Made by a program: the position numbers and the translations under genes. Shown piece by piece: positions 1 to 8,535 of a stretch of DNA of 28,235 nt. The DNA comes from Opitutales bacterium (GTDB lineage: Bacteria; Verrucomicrobiota; Verrucomicrobiia; Opitutales; Coraliomargaritaceae), in NCBI GenBank assembly GCA_049598495.1, contig JBMYNR010000020.1:1-28235 (forward strand), written 5' to 3'. The notes below the pieces were generated by a model that searched no databases, was not told the DNA's origin, and saw only the letters and a program-made list of their open reading frames with translations. Position 1 is the stretch's first letter; each line of letters starts with the position of its first letter.

Positions 1-85
1 TCGCTCTGGGAGCTACGCAGGGCACTCATGCTCGCAGCTTTCACGCTAACATGGCTGCGCCATGCGTAGCCTGAAAGGCGAAGCA
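1..85. repeat. tRNA-abutting palindromic (REP-like) element, truncated at window start
   Basis: Inverted arms gctacgca (12-19) / tgcgtagc (63-70); internal palindrome catggc-tgc-gccatg; both arms read GCGTA-hairpin-GA(AG) (GCCT-gaa-AGGC on +, GCTC-cca-GAGC on -). Confidence 0.65.
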
Positions 86-162
<77 letters not shown>

Positions 163-258
163 ACCATCCAACATGAGAGCGAACCCTCACAAAATGAAGG
201 TCGAGAAAAAGCCACCGTGCTCGAGTTCTGTCAAGCGGTGATTTTTCGACCGACCACG

Positions 259-290
259 AAAAAACGGCTCCCCTTAGCGGAGAGCCGTTT
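259..290 (-). terminator. Intrinsic terminator after the bS22-like gene
   Basis: Minus strand aaacggctc-tccgctaagg-ggagccgttttttcg: GC stem followed by a U-run. Confidence 0.75.
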
Positions 291-346
291 GCTTGAAGGA
301 TAAATAGACGGGATGATTCCCGACCGGAACTTGGCAATTACCAAGT

Positions 347-442
347 TTACCAAGTGCGCTTCTTATGACGATTCGACTTCAAACGCTTACGGCGTTTGTG
401 CTTATTCATCTTGAGACGGCGCTTTTTCTTAAGGTTACCCAT
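347..442 (-). CDS. AURKAIP1/COX24 (DUF1713) family small basic protein, bS22/mS38-like ribosomal protein, 31 aa
   Basis: Manual translation [31 protein letters not shown] matches the KKRRxKMxKHKxRKRLK pattern; followed by a terminator; below the ORF-track cutoff. Confidence 0.88.
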   Translation of the reverse strand: MGNLKKKRRLKMNKHKRRKRLKSNRHKKRTW

Positions 443-515
443 GTGTAAATTTTAAGTTGAAATGATTTGGAACGCTGGAAGAAGGGCCAAAAGAGAGACC
501 TTGTAAAGCGTTTTT

Positions 516-1334
516 TCAGCACAGCGTGACAGCGTCCGCTTCCACGGAATGCCGATACCTCGCCTTAATAGCCTCCAAAATCGGCAAATTCACATCGAAG
601 GAGCGTGTTTCGCCGCCTGCAAAACCCTCGATTCGGTCGGCGACTCGAATCCCCGTTGTCGCATTGGAAACAAAGACTGCATCCGCCTGAAGCAGTCTTT
701 CGGGGGAATAAAGTCCTACCTCGAGAGGAAGCCCGCAGGATCGAAGCAATACTTCTCGCGTGACTCCGGGTAAAATACCCGTCTCTAGGGCGGGTGTGTG
801 CAGTCTGTCTCCCTGTAGAAAGAAGAAATTGGCTGTAGTGGTTTCGGCCAAATTGCCTCGCGAATCGACCCGAATAAGGTCGTCATAGCCCATGGAGCGT
901 GCCCGCTGGAGCAGGTATATATTCTCCATATAACTATGGGTCTTGTGCCCGGCTAGTGTCGAGCGCTCGAAAATCGGGCAAGAGGGATCAAGACGCAATG
1001 TGTACTTGTCCGTTACGGCCATCAGAGGCCTTGAATAAACGTAGAGGCGACTCCCGCTCCCCTCGCGAACAAGCGAAAGCTTCAAAGCAGCCTCCCTAAA
1101 ATCGGCGCCCTCAACTAATTCCCGAAGCGCTGCGACGACCTGATCCTTTCCCGGGAGCTTGAATCCAAAGCACGTCGCCGAGTTCGACAGTCGGCCCCAG
1201 TGATCCTCCCAGAAAAATAATTTGCCGTCGGCAAGCCGCATCGTTTCGAAAAGTCCGAAGCCATGCGCAAAGGCAGAATCAGTCGGTAGGTGCGAGAGCT
1301 TCTCGCCGGGGGGGATTATCACGAGTTCTGACAT
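516..1334 (-). CDS. pabC: Class IV PLP aminotransferase, probable 4-amino-4-deoxychorismate lyase
   Basis: GxGLFETMR, HWGRL, catalytic Lys in GHKTHSY, ETTTANFF, ILPGVTR motifs; overlaps the pabB stop. Confidence 0.8.
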   Translation of the reverse strand: MSELVIIPPGEKLSHLPTDSAFAHGFGLFETMRLADGKLFFWEDHWGRLSNSATCFGFKLPGKDQVVAALRELVEGADFREAALKLSLVREGSGSRLYVYSRPLMAVTDKYTLRLDPSCPIFERSTLAGHKTHSYMENIYLLQRARSMGYDDLIRVDSRGNLAETTTANFFFLQGDRLHTPALETGILPGVTREVLLRSCGLPLEVGLYSPERLLQADAVFVSNATTGIRVADRIEGFAGGETRSFDVNLPILEAIKARYRHSVEADAVTLC

Positions 1335-2635
1335 ATCTGGTCAATCGTCTCACGGATCGCACGGGCTTTATCGAGCGTTTCCTGATATTCGGATTCCGGG
1401 TCGGAGTCCCAAACAATGCCCCCACCCACTTGGTAATCGAGAAAGCCATCCTTCAAGTGCAAGCTACGTATGGCGATATTAAACTCGGCGTCACCGTCGA
1501 AACCGATGTAGCCGATCGAACCGCAATAAGCGCCTCGACGTGTCGGCTCGAGCTCTTCAATAATTTCCATGGCTCGAATTTTCGGCGCACCGGTGATCGA
1601 ACCGCCCGGGAATAGTGCTTCGAGCGCGTCGAAGACATCCTTATCCTCGGCAAGCGTGGCCTTTACCCGGGCCGTCTGGTGGATGACCCGTGCGTAGTGT
1701 TCCAGTTGGTAAAGTCCCTCAACATAAACCGAACCGAACTCAGCGACACGACCGAGATCATTTCGTTCGAGATCGACAATCATCAGCAGCTCGGCCCGAT
1801 CCTTTTCGGAGGCGCGCAGCGCCGCCTCTTGCATAGAATCCTCTTCAGGTGTCACCCCGCGAGGACGGGTGCCCTTGATGGGACGAGTCTCCAAAGCACG
1901 ACCTGACTTCCGAAGAAACTGCTCAGGTGAAGTTGAAATCAACTGCCAGCTGCCCAAGTCAAAATAGGCACCGTAGGGCGCGGGATTGCCTCGCCGCAAA
2001 GCCTGATAGAGCGAAAGTCCATCCCCCCGAAAGGCGCAACGTGCACGTTGCGACAGATTAACCTGATAGACATCTCCACTCGCAATGTAAGCACGGACGG
2101 AATCTACCGCTGCGCAGAAATCCTCCTTCGCCAGGTTCCATTGCCATGGTTGGTGACTGAGCCTTGAAGACCGATCGAATTGAACCTTGGCCCTAAGAAT
2201 CCCCTTCAGCTCTTCGATGACCACATCCTCATCCGCGCGCAGGCCATGCGCGACGAGGTATAACTTTCCGGACTCGTGGTGCAGTGCGGCCACGCCGTCG
2301 TAGATACCGAAATGCAAATCGGGAACACCCCGGTCATCATAGGCCGTCGACGGAAGCTTTTCCAAACGGCGTCCATAGTCGTAGCTCAAGTAGCCAACCG
2401 CGCCACCCGTAAACGGAATATCCGAGCAACCGGTGGAATCAAAACAGTCCATCGCTTTACGCAAGTCCGCCAGGCTGCCAAGAATGACCTCAAACGGATC
2501 CGCCCCAAAGAAACTCCACTGCCCAAGGCCATCATTCGCCTGAGCACTATCGAGAACAAAGGGCAAACGTCGCTGCCCGAACTGTTCTATAATGCTCTCC
2601 ACCGACGGCGGATCTTTAAATTCTACTACCTTCAC
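1319..2635 (-). CDS. pabB: Aminodeoxychorismate synthase component I
   Basis: PFTGGAVGYLSYD, GDVYQVNLS, STSPEQF, RPIKGTRPRG, KDRAELLMIVDLERNDLGRV, FPGGSITGAPK; start moved to GTG 2635 because the longer ORF overlaps the upstream gene. Confidence 0.9.
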   Translation of the reverse strand: MKVVEFKDPPSVESIIEQFGQRRLPFVLDSAQANDGLGQWSFFGADPFEVILGSLADLRKAMDCFDSTGCSDIPFTGGAVGYLSYDYGRRLEKLPSTAYDDRGVPDLHFGIYDGVAALHHESGKLYLVAHGLRADEDVVIEELKGILRAKVQFDRSSRLSHQPWQWNLAKEDFCAAVDSVRAYIASGDVYQVNLSQRARCAFRGDGLSLYQALRRGNPAPYGAYFDLGSWQLISTSPEQFLRKSGRALETRPIKGTRPRGVTPEEDSMQEAALRASEKDRAELLMIVDLERNDLGRVAEFGSVYVEGLYQLEHYARVIHQTARVKATLAEDKDVFDALEALFPGGSITGAPKIRAMEIIEELEPTRRGAYCGSIGYIGFDGDAEFNIAIRSLHLKDGFLDYQVGGGIVWDSDPESEYQETLDKARAIRETIDQICQNS

Positions 2636-2658
2636 TCTCCAATATACGTGAACGGGGA

Positions 2659-3804
2659 CTAATAACGGCTCGCTCGTTGAATCATCCAGAAGCCGATTCC
2701 CTGAAAAATCAAATTCGGTAGCCAAATCAACAAATCGGGCCGAAGGGATGGATGCCCTTCCAACCAAGTGACCATGATAATCAGAAAGTAGTAGGTCATC
2801 GCGATGACCAATGCGATCCCGAGGTTAGCATAGGTCTCTTTGCGGCCGACTTGGATGGCAAGCGGGATACCAAACACCGCCAGAGAGAAGACCGAATAGG
2901 CCATAGCAAAGTTCTTCTGAACATGCAACTGCACCTCGAGGCGATCCTCCGAAGATCCAGTGCCCGATTCCCTTTCTTTATCGAGAGCCTGCTTGCGCCG
3001 CTCCAAAAGCTGAGCAAGGGTCATCTCCTTGGCCCGCACTGCTCGTTTCCCTTTCTCCCCGAAGAGTTGACCCAACGGCAGAGCGATGGGCAGCTCACCA
3101 AAGAACACAGTATCGGTGGACGAATCGTCAAAGACCTCCGGGTTATCACCATCTCGGCGTTCGGCAATCACGTCCTTGAGGGTCAGGATCAAGTCGCTAG
3201 TTGATTCATCATATTTAAGATCGCCCTCGGCAGCTCGCAGAAAAACGCTGACCCGCTTCCTTTTGTCCAACTCCCAGATCCAAAAGTCCTTCATCGTCGG
3301 CCCGTCGCGACCACCCATGTAAATCACGTAGCCTGGAAAATCGTGGATAAAGCGACGCTCCTCAATAAAATCAACGGGATTATCAGTCACCGCACTCGCC
3401 ATCAACTGCTTGTAGGCCAATCGCGACTGCGGAGCATAATGCAGATTGACCAAAACCCCCATCACCATTCCGACAAATGCGACCAGAAAGACAGGGGACG
3501 CGATCTGGTAGAGACTCAGTCCCGCAGATTTCATCGCGGTTATCTCGCGCTGCGAGGAAAGCCGCCCCAAGGCAATCAGGGTGCCCGTAAGCATCCCCAG
3601 CGGCAACGCATACGCCGCTACATAGGGAATAAGAAGACCGATCAATTTGAAAAAGACCCCCATGCCCAGCTTGCCGGCGGCAACCAGTTCAGCCACATCA
3701 CGGAGGGCATTACCCATCAATAGCACAAAGACAAAGAGCCCCATGGCCAGACCAGTGGCAACGAGAACCTCCCTGAATATGTGTCGATGCAACAGACTGA
3801 GCAT
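2659..3804 (-). CDS. LptF/LptG family LPS export permease
   Basis: Three N-terminal TMs, GRLSSQREITAMKSAGLS motif, periplasmic domain, C-terminal TMs ending WLPNLIF. Confidence 0.9.
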   Translation of the reverse strand: MLSLLHRHIFREVLVATGLAMGLFVFVLLMGNALRDVAELVAAGKLGMGVFFKLIGLLIPYVAAYALPLGMLTGTLIALGRLSSQREITAMKSAGLSLYQIASPVFLVAFVGMVMGVLVNLHYAPQSRLAYKQLMASAVTDNPVDFIEERRFIHDFPGYVIYMGGRDGPTMKDFWIWELDKRKRVSVFLRAAEGDLKYDESTSDLILTLKDVIAERRDGDNPEVFDDSSTDTVFFGELPIALPLGQLFGEKGKRAVRAKEMTLAQLLERRKQALDKERESGTGSSEDRLEVQLHVQKNFAMAYSVFSLAVFGIPLAIQVGRKETYANLGIALVIAMTYYFLIIMVTWLEGHPSLRPDLLIWLPNLIFQGIGFWMIQRASRY

Positions 3805-3932
3805 AGCAATCTAGTGACAAGCTCTTGAGCGGGCGTAAATTCAAAACTGAAGCCCCCTTCTTGCCTGCCGTCCAACCTATTTCGACAAGCTGGAAGCTTG
3901 TCACTGCCGAGCAAAGACCCACAATCCATCGA

Positions 3933-4502
3933 ATGAATGATACAAACGACGAAATTATCCAAATATTCAAAGAGAGCGGTGCCCTTCTGGAGGGCCATTT
4001 CCTTCTACGCTCCGGCTTGCACAGTGCCCATTTCTTTCAGTGCGCCCAAGTCTGCCAATACATGGATAAAGTCACTCGGCTGGCCGAGATCATGATCGAG
4101 AAACTTTCCGGCTATGGTGCCACGACCGTGGTCGGACCTGCGATGGGCGGTCTGGTGATCGGGCAGGAAGTGGCCCGTCAACTCGGCGCCCGCTTTATCT
4201 TCCTCGAAAAGGTCGACGATAAACTCGCGCTACGCCGAAATTTCAAATTCGAACCAGGCGAGAAGGTCTTGATCCTGGAAGACGTGATCACTCGTGGCGG
4301 GCGTGTTGTTGAAGCGCTGGAGCAATGCCGCGCTCATGGTGCGGATCCCGTGGCCGTTGGCGTCATCGTCGACCGGAGCAACGGAGCGACGACATTCGAT
4401 GTGCCGCACCACAGTCTCGCCGAATTGAGTTTCCCGACCTACGAAGCCGACAAGCTCCCACCGGAACTCGAGGGCACCGAAGCAGTCAAACCGGGCAGCT
4501 AA
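3933..4502 (+). CDS. pyrE: Orotate phosphoribosyltransferase
   Basis: ALLEGHFLLRSGLHS, GPAMGG, VLILEDVITRGG PRPP-binding loop; start at ATG 3933 (MNDTNDEII). Confidence 0.93.
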   Translation: MNDTNDEIIQIFKESGALLEGHFLLRSGLHSAHFFQCAQVCQYMDKVTRLAEIMIEKLSGYGATTVVGPAMGGLVIGQEVARQLGARFIFLEKVDDKLALRRNFKFEPGEKVLILEDVITRGGRVVEALEQCRAHGADPVAVGVIVDRSNGATTFDVPHHSLAELSFPTYEADKLPPELEGTEAVKPGS

Positions 4503-4550
4503 AGCATATTGAATTTGCAATCCCACGCGGACGCATTAAATCATCCTGAC

Positions 4551-4751
4551 ATGAAACAATTCGCTACGATTCTCGCTCTCTGGGCAACGCTTGCCACAAT
4601 CGGCCACGCACATCCGAGTGGACACGATAAGGGGCTACTCGAGGCGGCCTGCCACATCGTGACACAGCCCGACCACCTTCTCTTGCTGGCGGCTTCTCTC
4701 TCCATGCTGGGATTCGTCCTTGTGAAACAGCTCCGTTCCGCGAAAAAGTAG
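4551..4751 (+). CDS. 66-aa membrane protein with a HupE/UreJ-like N-terminus (signal peptide, AHPSGH, HX5DH, one TM, basic tail)
   Basis: MKQFATILALWATLATIGHA-HPSGHDKGLLEAACHIVTQPDHLLLLAASLSMLGFVLVKQLRSAKK. Confidence 0.72.
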   Translation: MKQFATILALWATLATIGHAHPSGHDKGLLEAACHIVTQPDHLLLLAASLSMLGFVLVKQLRSAKK

Positions 4752-4814
4752 TTTTTGACGGTGCGGTTTTGGTTACACAGGTAGACGCTGGTAATTGACG
4801 GAGTCTAGAGGCTC

Positions 4815-5666
4815 ATGGTGACTCCGATCATTGCCTGTGCTGCCGGCGCGGCCTCTCTTTATGCAGCTGGCTCCCTACAAATAAAGCGCTCACTGAATGA
4901 GGGTGCCACCAAGCGCCGTGCCATCGCCGTAACGAATATCGCGATGGCGCTGTGGGCCTTACCCCTGTTCTTTATTTCACGCGGGGAGTTCGAGTTAACC
5001 GCATGGCTTACGGCCGTCGGTGCAGGTGTGGCACTCTTCCTCGGGCGTATACTCTCGGTCAAATCCCTCGAGTTAGGCGACCTCTCCATCGTCGGCCCAC
5101 TGCTCGGGATGAAGACCCTTCTCGTCGCAGTCTTCTGCTTCGTAACAGGACAACAGGAACTGCCCCTCTGGCTCTGGATCGCAGCCATCCTAGCGACACT
5201 CGGCGTCGCCATGATCCAGCGGGGGCCGCGAAAATTCACCAAGAATCGCAGAAAAGCAGCCTATTATGCATTCGGTGCCAGTGTCCTTTTTGCGACCTGC
5301 GATATTCTCGTTGTGGAGGCGCGCGGCCAACTCGGGATCGGATGGCTCTCGCCCACACTTTTCATGACAGTGGCTCTACTCGTCCCCTTCCTGGGAAAAC
5401 ATCCGAGCCCACCCAAGTCAGCCCAAAAGCCGATGTATCTCGGATCGGCAATTATGGGTTTCCAGACTTCGCTCGTCATTCTACTCATCGGCCTAACCGG
5501 ACAAGCGGTGCTCATTAATATCGTCTATTCCTCGCGAGCCATCTGGACGGTCATCGTCGACCGTTTCTATGACCGCGGCGAAGGCGTGGCCGCGTTTTTT
5601 AAATGGCGACTGGCGGGTGCGGCGCTTCTGGTCACGGCGATCGTGATCGTTATTCTTCAGCGTTAG
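4815..5666 (+). CDS. DMT/EamA-like transporter (about 10 TM)
   Basis: Two hydrophobic halves; SLELGDLSIVGPLLGMKTLLVAV and INIVYSSRAIWTV resemble EamA repeats. Confidence 0.8.
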   Translation: MVTPIIACAAGAASLYAAGSLQIKRSLNEGATKRRAIAVTNIAMALWALPLFFISRGEFELTAWLTAVGAGVALFLGRILSVKSLELGDLSIVGPLLGMKTLLVAVFCFVTGQQELPLWLWIAAILATLGVAMIQRGPRKFTKNRRKAAYYAFGASVLFATCDILVVEARGQLGIGWLSPTLFMTVALLVPFLGKHPSPPKSAQKPMYLGSAIMGFQTSLVILLIGLTGQAVLINIVYSSRAIWTVIVDRFYDRGEGVAAFFKWRLAGAALLVTAIVIVILQR

Positions 5667-5709
5667 AGTAGATTGCAAAAAGACCGTAACACTGGCTGTC
5701 GCCAGCGTT

Positions 5710-6510
5710 CTACGCATTTTCGATCACACGATTCAACTTGCCGGAGACGAAACCCTCTTCGTCGAACTCGACTTCGCTGAACCCTAGGGCGCGAATCTCC
5801 TCCTCGATTTGGCTACGGAACACATGTAATTTACCCACCTCTTCCGCGCTGACCTCAACCCGTACCCGCTCACCATAATGCCGGACCCGATTGACCGCAA
5901 ATCCGGCTGATTTCACGAGCGCCTCGGCCGCCTCGATCTGCCGCAATTTCTCGACTGTAATTTGCTCCCCGTAAGGCACACGCGAGGACAGGCAAGGGCT
6001 GGCCGGTTTATTCCAGCAATCGAGTTGGAAATGGGCTGCCAGTTCGCGCACGCCTGCCTTGTCGATACCCAATTCAGAAAGCGGTGAGCGTACTTCGAAC
6101 GCATCGGCAGCCTTCAGGCCAGGTCGATAATCGCCCAAGTCGTCGCTATTCGTGCCGTTCAGAACCCACCAACCGGAAAACTCCTCGCGAAGCCCCGCAA
6201 GCTCATTGTAGAGCGTGTGCTTACAGAAGTAGCAGCGGTTGGTCGGGTTGTTAAAATAATTTGGGTTCTCCATCTCCCGTGTCGCAATCACTCGAACCGA
6301 AAGCGAATGCGAGTTGGCGAAAATTTTCGCCTCATCCAGATCCGATAGCTTGAGACTAGGCGACGCCGAAATCACGGCGAGCGTTCGCCCTCTGCCGAGA
6401 AAATATTGCGCCAGAAAGGCGACGAGTGAACTATCCACTCCGCCGGAAAATGCCACCAAAGCACCCGGGCATTCCCCGAACCAATCGCGCAGACTATGCA
6501 GAATTTTCAC
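5710..6510 (-). CDS. larE: ATP-dependent sulfur transferase LarE (nickel-pincer cofactor biosynthesis)
   Basis: PP-loop AFSGGVDS, NRCYFCK, GTNSDDLGDYRPG, WNKPASPCLSSRVPYG, RVRHY, GFVSGKLN. Confidence 0.92.
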   Translation of the reverse strand: MKILHSLRDWFGECPGALVAFSGGVDSSLVAFLAQYFLGRGRTLAVISASPSLKLSDLDEAKIFANSHSLSVRVIATREMENPNYFNNPTNRCYFCKHTLYNELAGLREEFSGWWVLNGTNSDDLGDYRPGLKAADAFEVRSPLSELGIDKAGVRELAAHFQLDCWNKPASPCLSSRVPYGEQITVEKLRQIEAAEALVKSAGFAVNRVRHYGERVRVEVSAEEVGKLHVFRSQIEEEIRALGFSEVEFDEEGFVSGKLNRVIENA

Positions 6511-6605
6511 CGCTCTCGAGGTTGTCGGTCTTTTTCACCCTGTCAACTTGCACTCGGTTCATGTAAGCGTATTAACAAAGAGTTCTCACAAAATAGGAAA
6601 ATCCC

Positions 6606-7802
6606 ATGCCCACCTTAGTCTATAACTGCCCATCCGGGATCAGTGGCGATATGAACCTAGGGGCGATGATTGGCCTCGGAGTCGATCCCAGTGCCCTCGA
6701 GACCGAGTTACGCAAGCTACCCTACAAGGGTTGGCATCTGCATTTCGAATCGGACCAGCGAGGCGGTATAAGCGGAACACGCGGCACCGTGCATCTTCAC
6801 CCCGTCCAAAACTCTAAACACCACCACGAACATGAACACCACCACAGAACTTTTTCCGATATTCGCGAGGCCATCGAAAACAGTGCTCTTTCAACCCGCG
6901 TAAAGGAGGACTCAGTGGCCTGCTTTCACGCGCTAGCGAAGGCCGAGGGTGCCGCTCATGGCATTGAAGCGGAGAAAGTGCACTTTCACGAGGTTGGCGC
7001 GATCGATTCGATCATCGATATCGTCGGCGCAGCGATTTGCTGGGATTTCCTCGGCATCGACCGAATTGTTTGCAGGGCGCTCGAAGTCGGTGGCGGCACT
7101 GTCCAGTGCGCGCATGGCCGCATGCCGGTTCCTGCTCCCGCAACCGCACGCTTACTCGAAGGCAAACCCTATAGCGCCGGAGGAACTGACAAGGAAACCA
7201 CGACCCCAACGGGGGCCGCACTTCTCGTCGGGCGCGACTGCCAATTCAATGCGACCACCCAAGGCAGCCAGATCGCCACAGCCATCGGTGTCGGACAACG
7301 CAACGACCCCAAGCTACCCAATGTGCTCTATGCCTCCCTGATCGACGAATCGCATGCCTCTACGAAAGAGGCTGACATTGTCTGGGAACTCGCCGTCAAC
7401 CTCGACGACATGACGGGCGAAGAAGTCGGCTTCCTCTGCGATCAAATACGAGAAGCCGGCGCTCTCGATTGTTGGCAAGTGCCTGCCTACTTTAAAAAAG
7501 GACGCCCAGGCAGCATTGTGCACTGCCTCACCTACGAAACGGAGAGAAGTAGACTTGAAGACATTATCCTTAAACATAGCCGCAGTCTAGGCATCCGTCG
7601 TCAACAATGGGAGCGAACGAAGCTGCCTAGAATTGAAAGTATAGTCGAAACAGAGTTTGGACCGGTCCGAGTCAAGATATCTGAAATTCCGGATGGCACA
7701 AAGTCTCATAAGTTTGAATACGACGACTGCGCACGCATTGCAAAAGAAACCGGCAAATCGATCGCTGAGGTAAGAAAAATCCTCGACCAAATAAGAAAAT
7801 AA
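6606..7802 (+). CDS. larC: Nickel insertase (CTP-dependent cyclometallase) LarC
   Basis: SGISGDMNLGA, His-rich HHHEHEHHH, AEGAAHG..VHFHEVGAIDSIIDIVG, CAHGRMPVPAPAT, TTPTGAAL, NLDDMTGE, KKGRPG, EYDDC. Confidence 0.95.
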   Translation: MPTLVYNCPSGISGDMNLGAMIGLGVDPSALETELRKLPYKGWHLHFESDQRGGISGTRGTVHLHPVQNSKHHHEHEHHHRTFSDIREAIENSALSTRVKEDSVACFHALAKAEGAAHGIEAEKVHFHEVGAIDSIIDIVGAAICWDFLGIDRIVCRALEVGGGTVQCAHGRMPVPAPATARLLEGKPYSAGGTDKETTTPTGAALLVGRDCQFNATTQGSQIATAIGVGQRNDPKLPNVLYASLIDESHASTKEADIVWELAVNLDDMTGEEVGFLCDQIREAGALDCWQVPAYFKKGRPGSIVHCLTYETERSRLEDIILKHSRSLGIRRQQWERTKLPRIESIVETEFGPVRVKISEIPDGTKSHKFEYDDCARIAKETGKSIAEVRKILDQIRK

Positions 7803-7803
7803 C

Positions 7804-8535
7804 ATGGACATTCGAAAAACTCTGGAGGCACTACAACGCGGCGAACTCGATCTGGAAACTGCGGAGGCACAGCTTATGGGGTTTCATGACCTGGGACACA
7901 GTCGTGTGGATATTGAGCGTGAAGAGCGAAACGGCACACCGGAGGTCATCTACGGTGAGAGTAAGACTTCCAGCCAGATGATCGAGATCATGGGAACGAT
8001 GCTGGAGCGGGAGCAGAATATCCTCGCGACACGTATCACCCCGGAAGTTGCATCAAGTATCCAGGCCTCATTACCGGGAGCGGTCTATCACGAACAAGCT
8101 CAGCTAGTGGAACTCCGCAGCTATGAACCCGAGCTAAGCGAGAGCAAAATCGCGATCGTTTGTGCCGGCACCTCTGATCTTCCCATCGCGGAAGAGGCAC
8201 GAATAACTGCAGAATTCTATGGCAACCGAATCGAGAGAATATACGACTGCGGCGTCGCCGGTCTCCACCGCTTGCTGGCGAGCCTGGATACGATTCGAAG
8301 CTGCCGTGTCGTCGTCGTGGTGGCAGGCATGGAAGGGGCACTACCGAGCGTGGTCGGCGGCCTTGTTAAAGCACCCATCATTGCAGTGCCCACAAGTGTC
8401 GGCTACGGTGCCAATTTCAGCGGGCTCTCCGCCCTCCTCACCATGCTGAATAGCTGTGCCAGCGGAGTAAGCGTGGTCAATATCGATAACGGTTTCGGGG
8501 CAGGCTTCCTGGCCAGTCGGATTAACCAGCTTTAA
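7804..8535 (+). CDS. larB: Pyridinium-3,5-biscarboxylic acid mononucleotide synthase LarB
   Basis: PEVIYGESK, AGTSDLPIAEEA, DCGVAGLHRL, VAGMEGALPSVVGGL, AVPTSVGYGA, MLNSCASGVSVVNIDNGFGA. Confidence 0.95.
   Translation: MDIRKTLEALQRGELDLETAEAQLMGFHDLGHSRVDIEREERNGTPEVIYGESKTSSQMIEIMGTMLEREQNILATRITPEVASSIQASLPGAVYHEQAQLVELRSYEPELSESKIAIVCAGTSDLPIAEEARITAEFYGNRIERIYDCGVAGLHRLLASLDTIRSCRVVVVVAGMEGALPSVVGGLVKAPIIAVPTSVGYGANFSGLSALLTMLNSCASGVSVVNIDNGFGAGFLASRINQL

Noticed and set aside
2636..2767. Longer N-termini in the ORF track (pabB; also pyrE, trpG, ligase-TPR, EpsI, FabH-like, aspC)
   Set aside because: Extensions overlap neighbouring genes or promoters and precede the family-typical N-terminus.
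6606..7802. Programmed frameshift in larC as in Lactiplantibacillus larC1/C2
   Set aside because: Both domains are in one uninterrupted reading frame.
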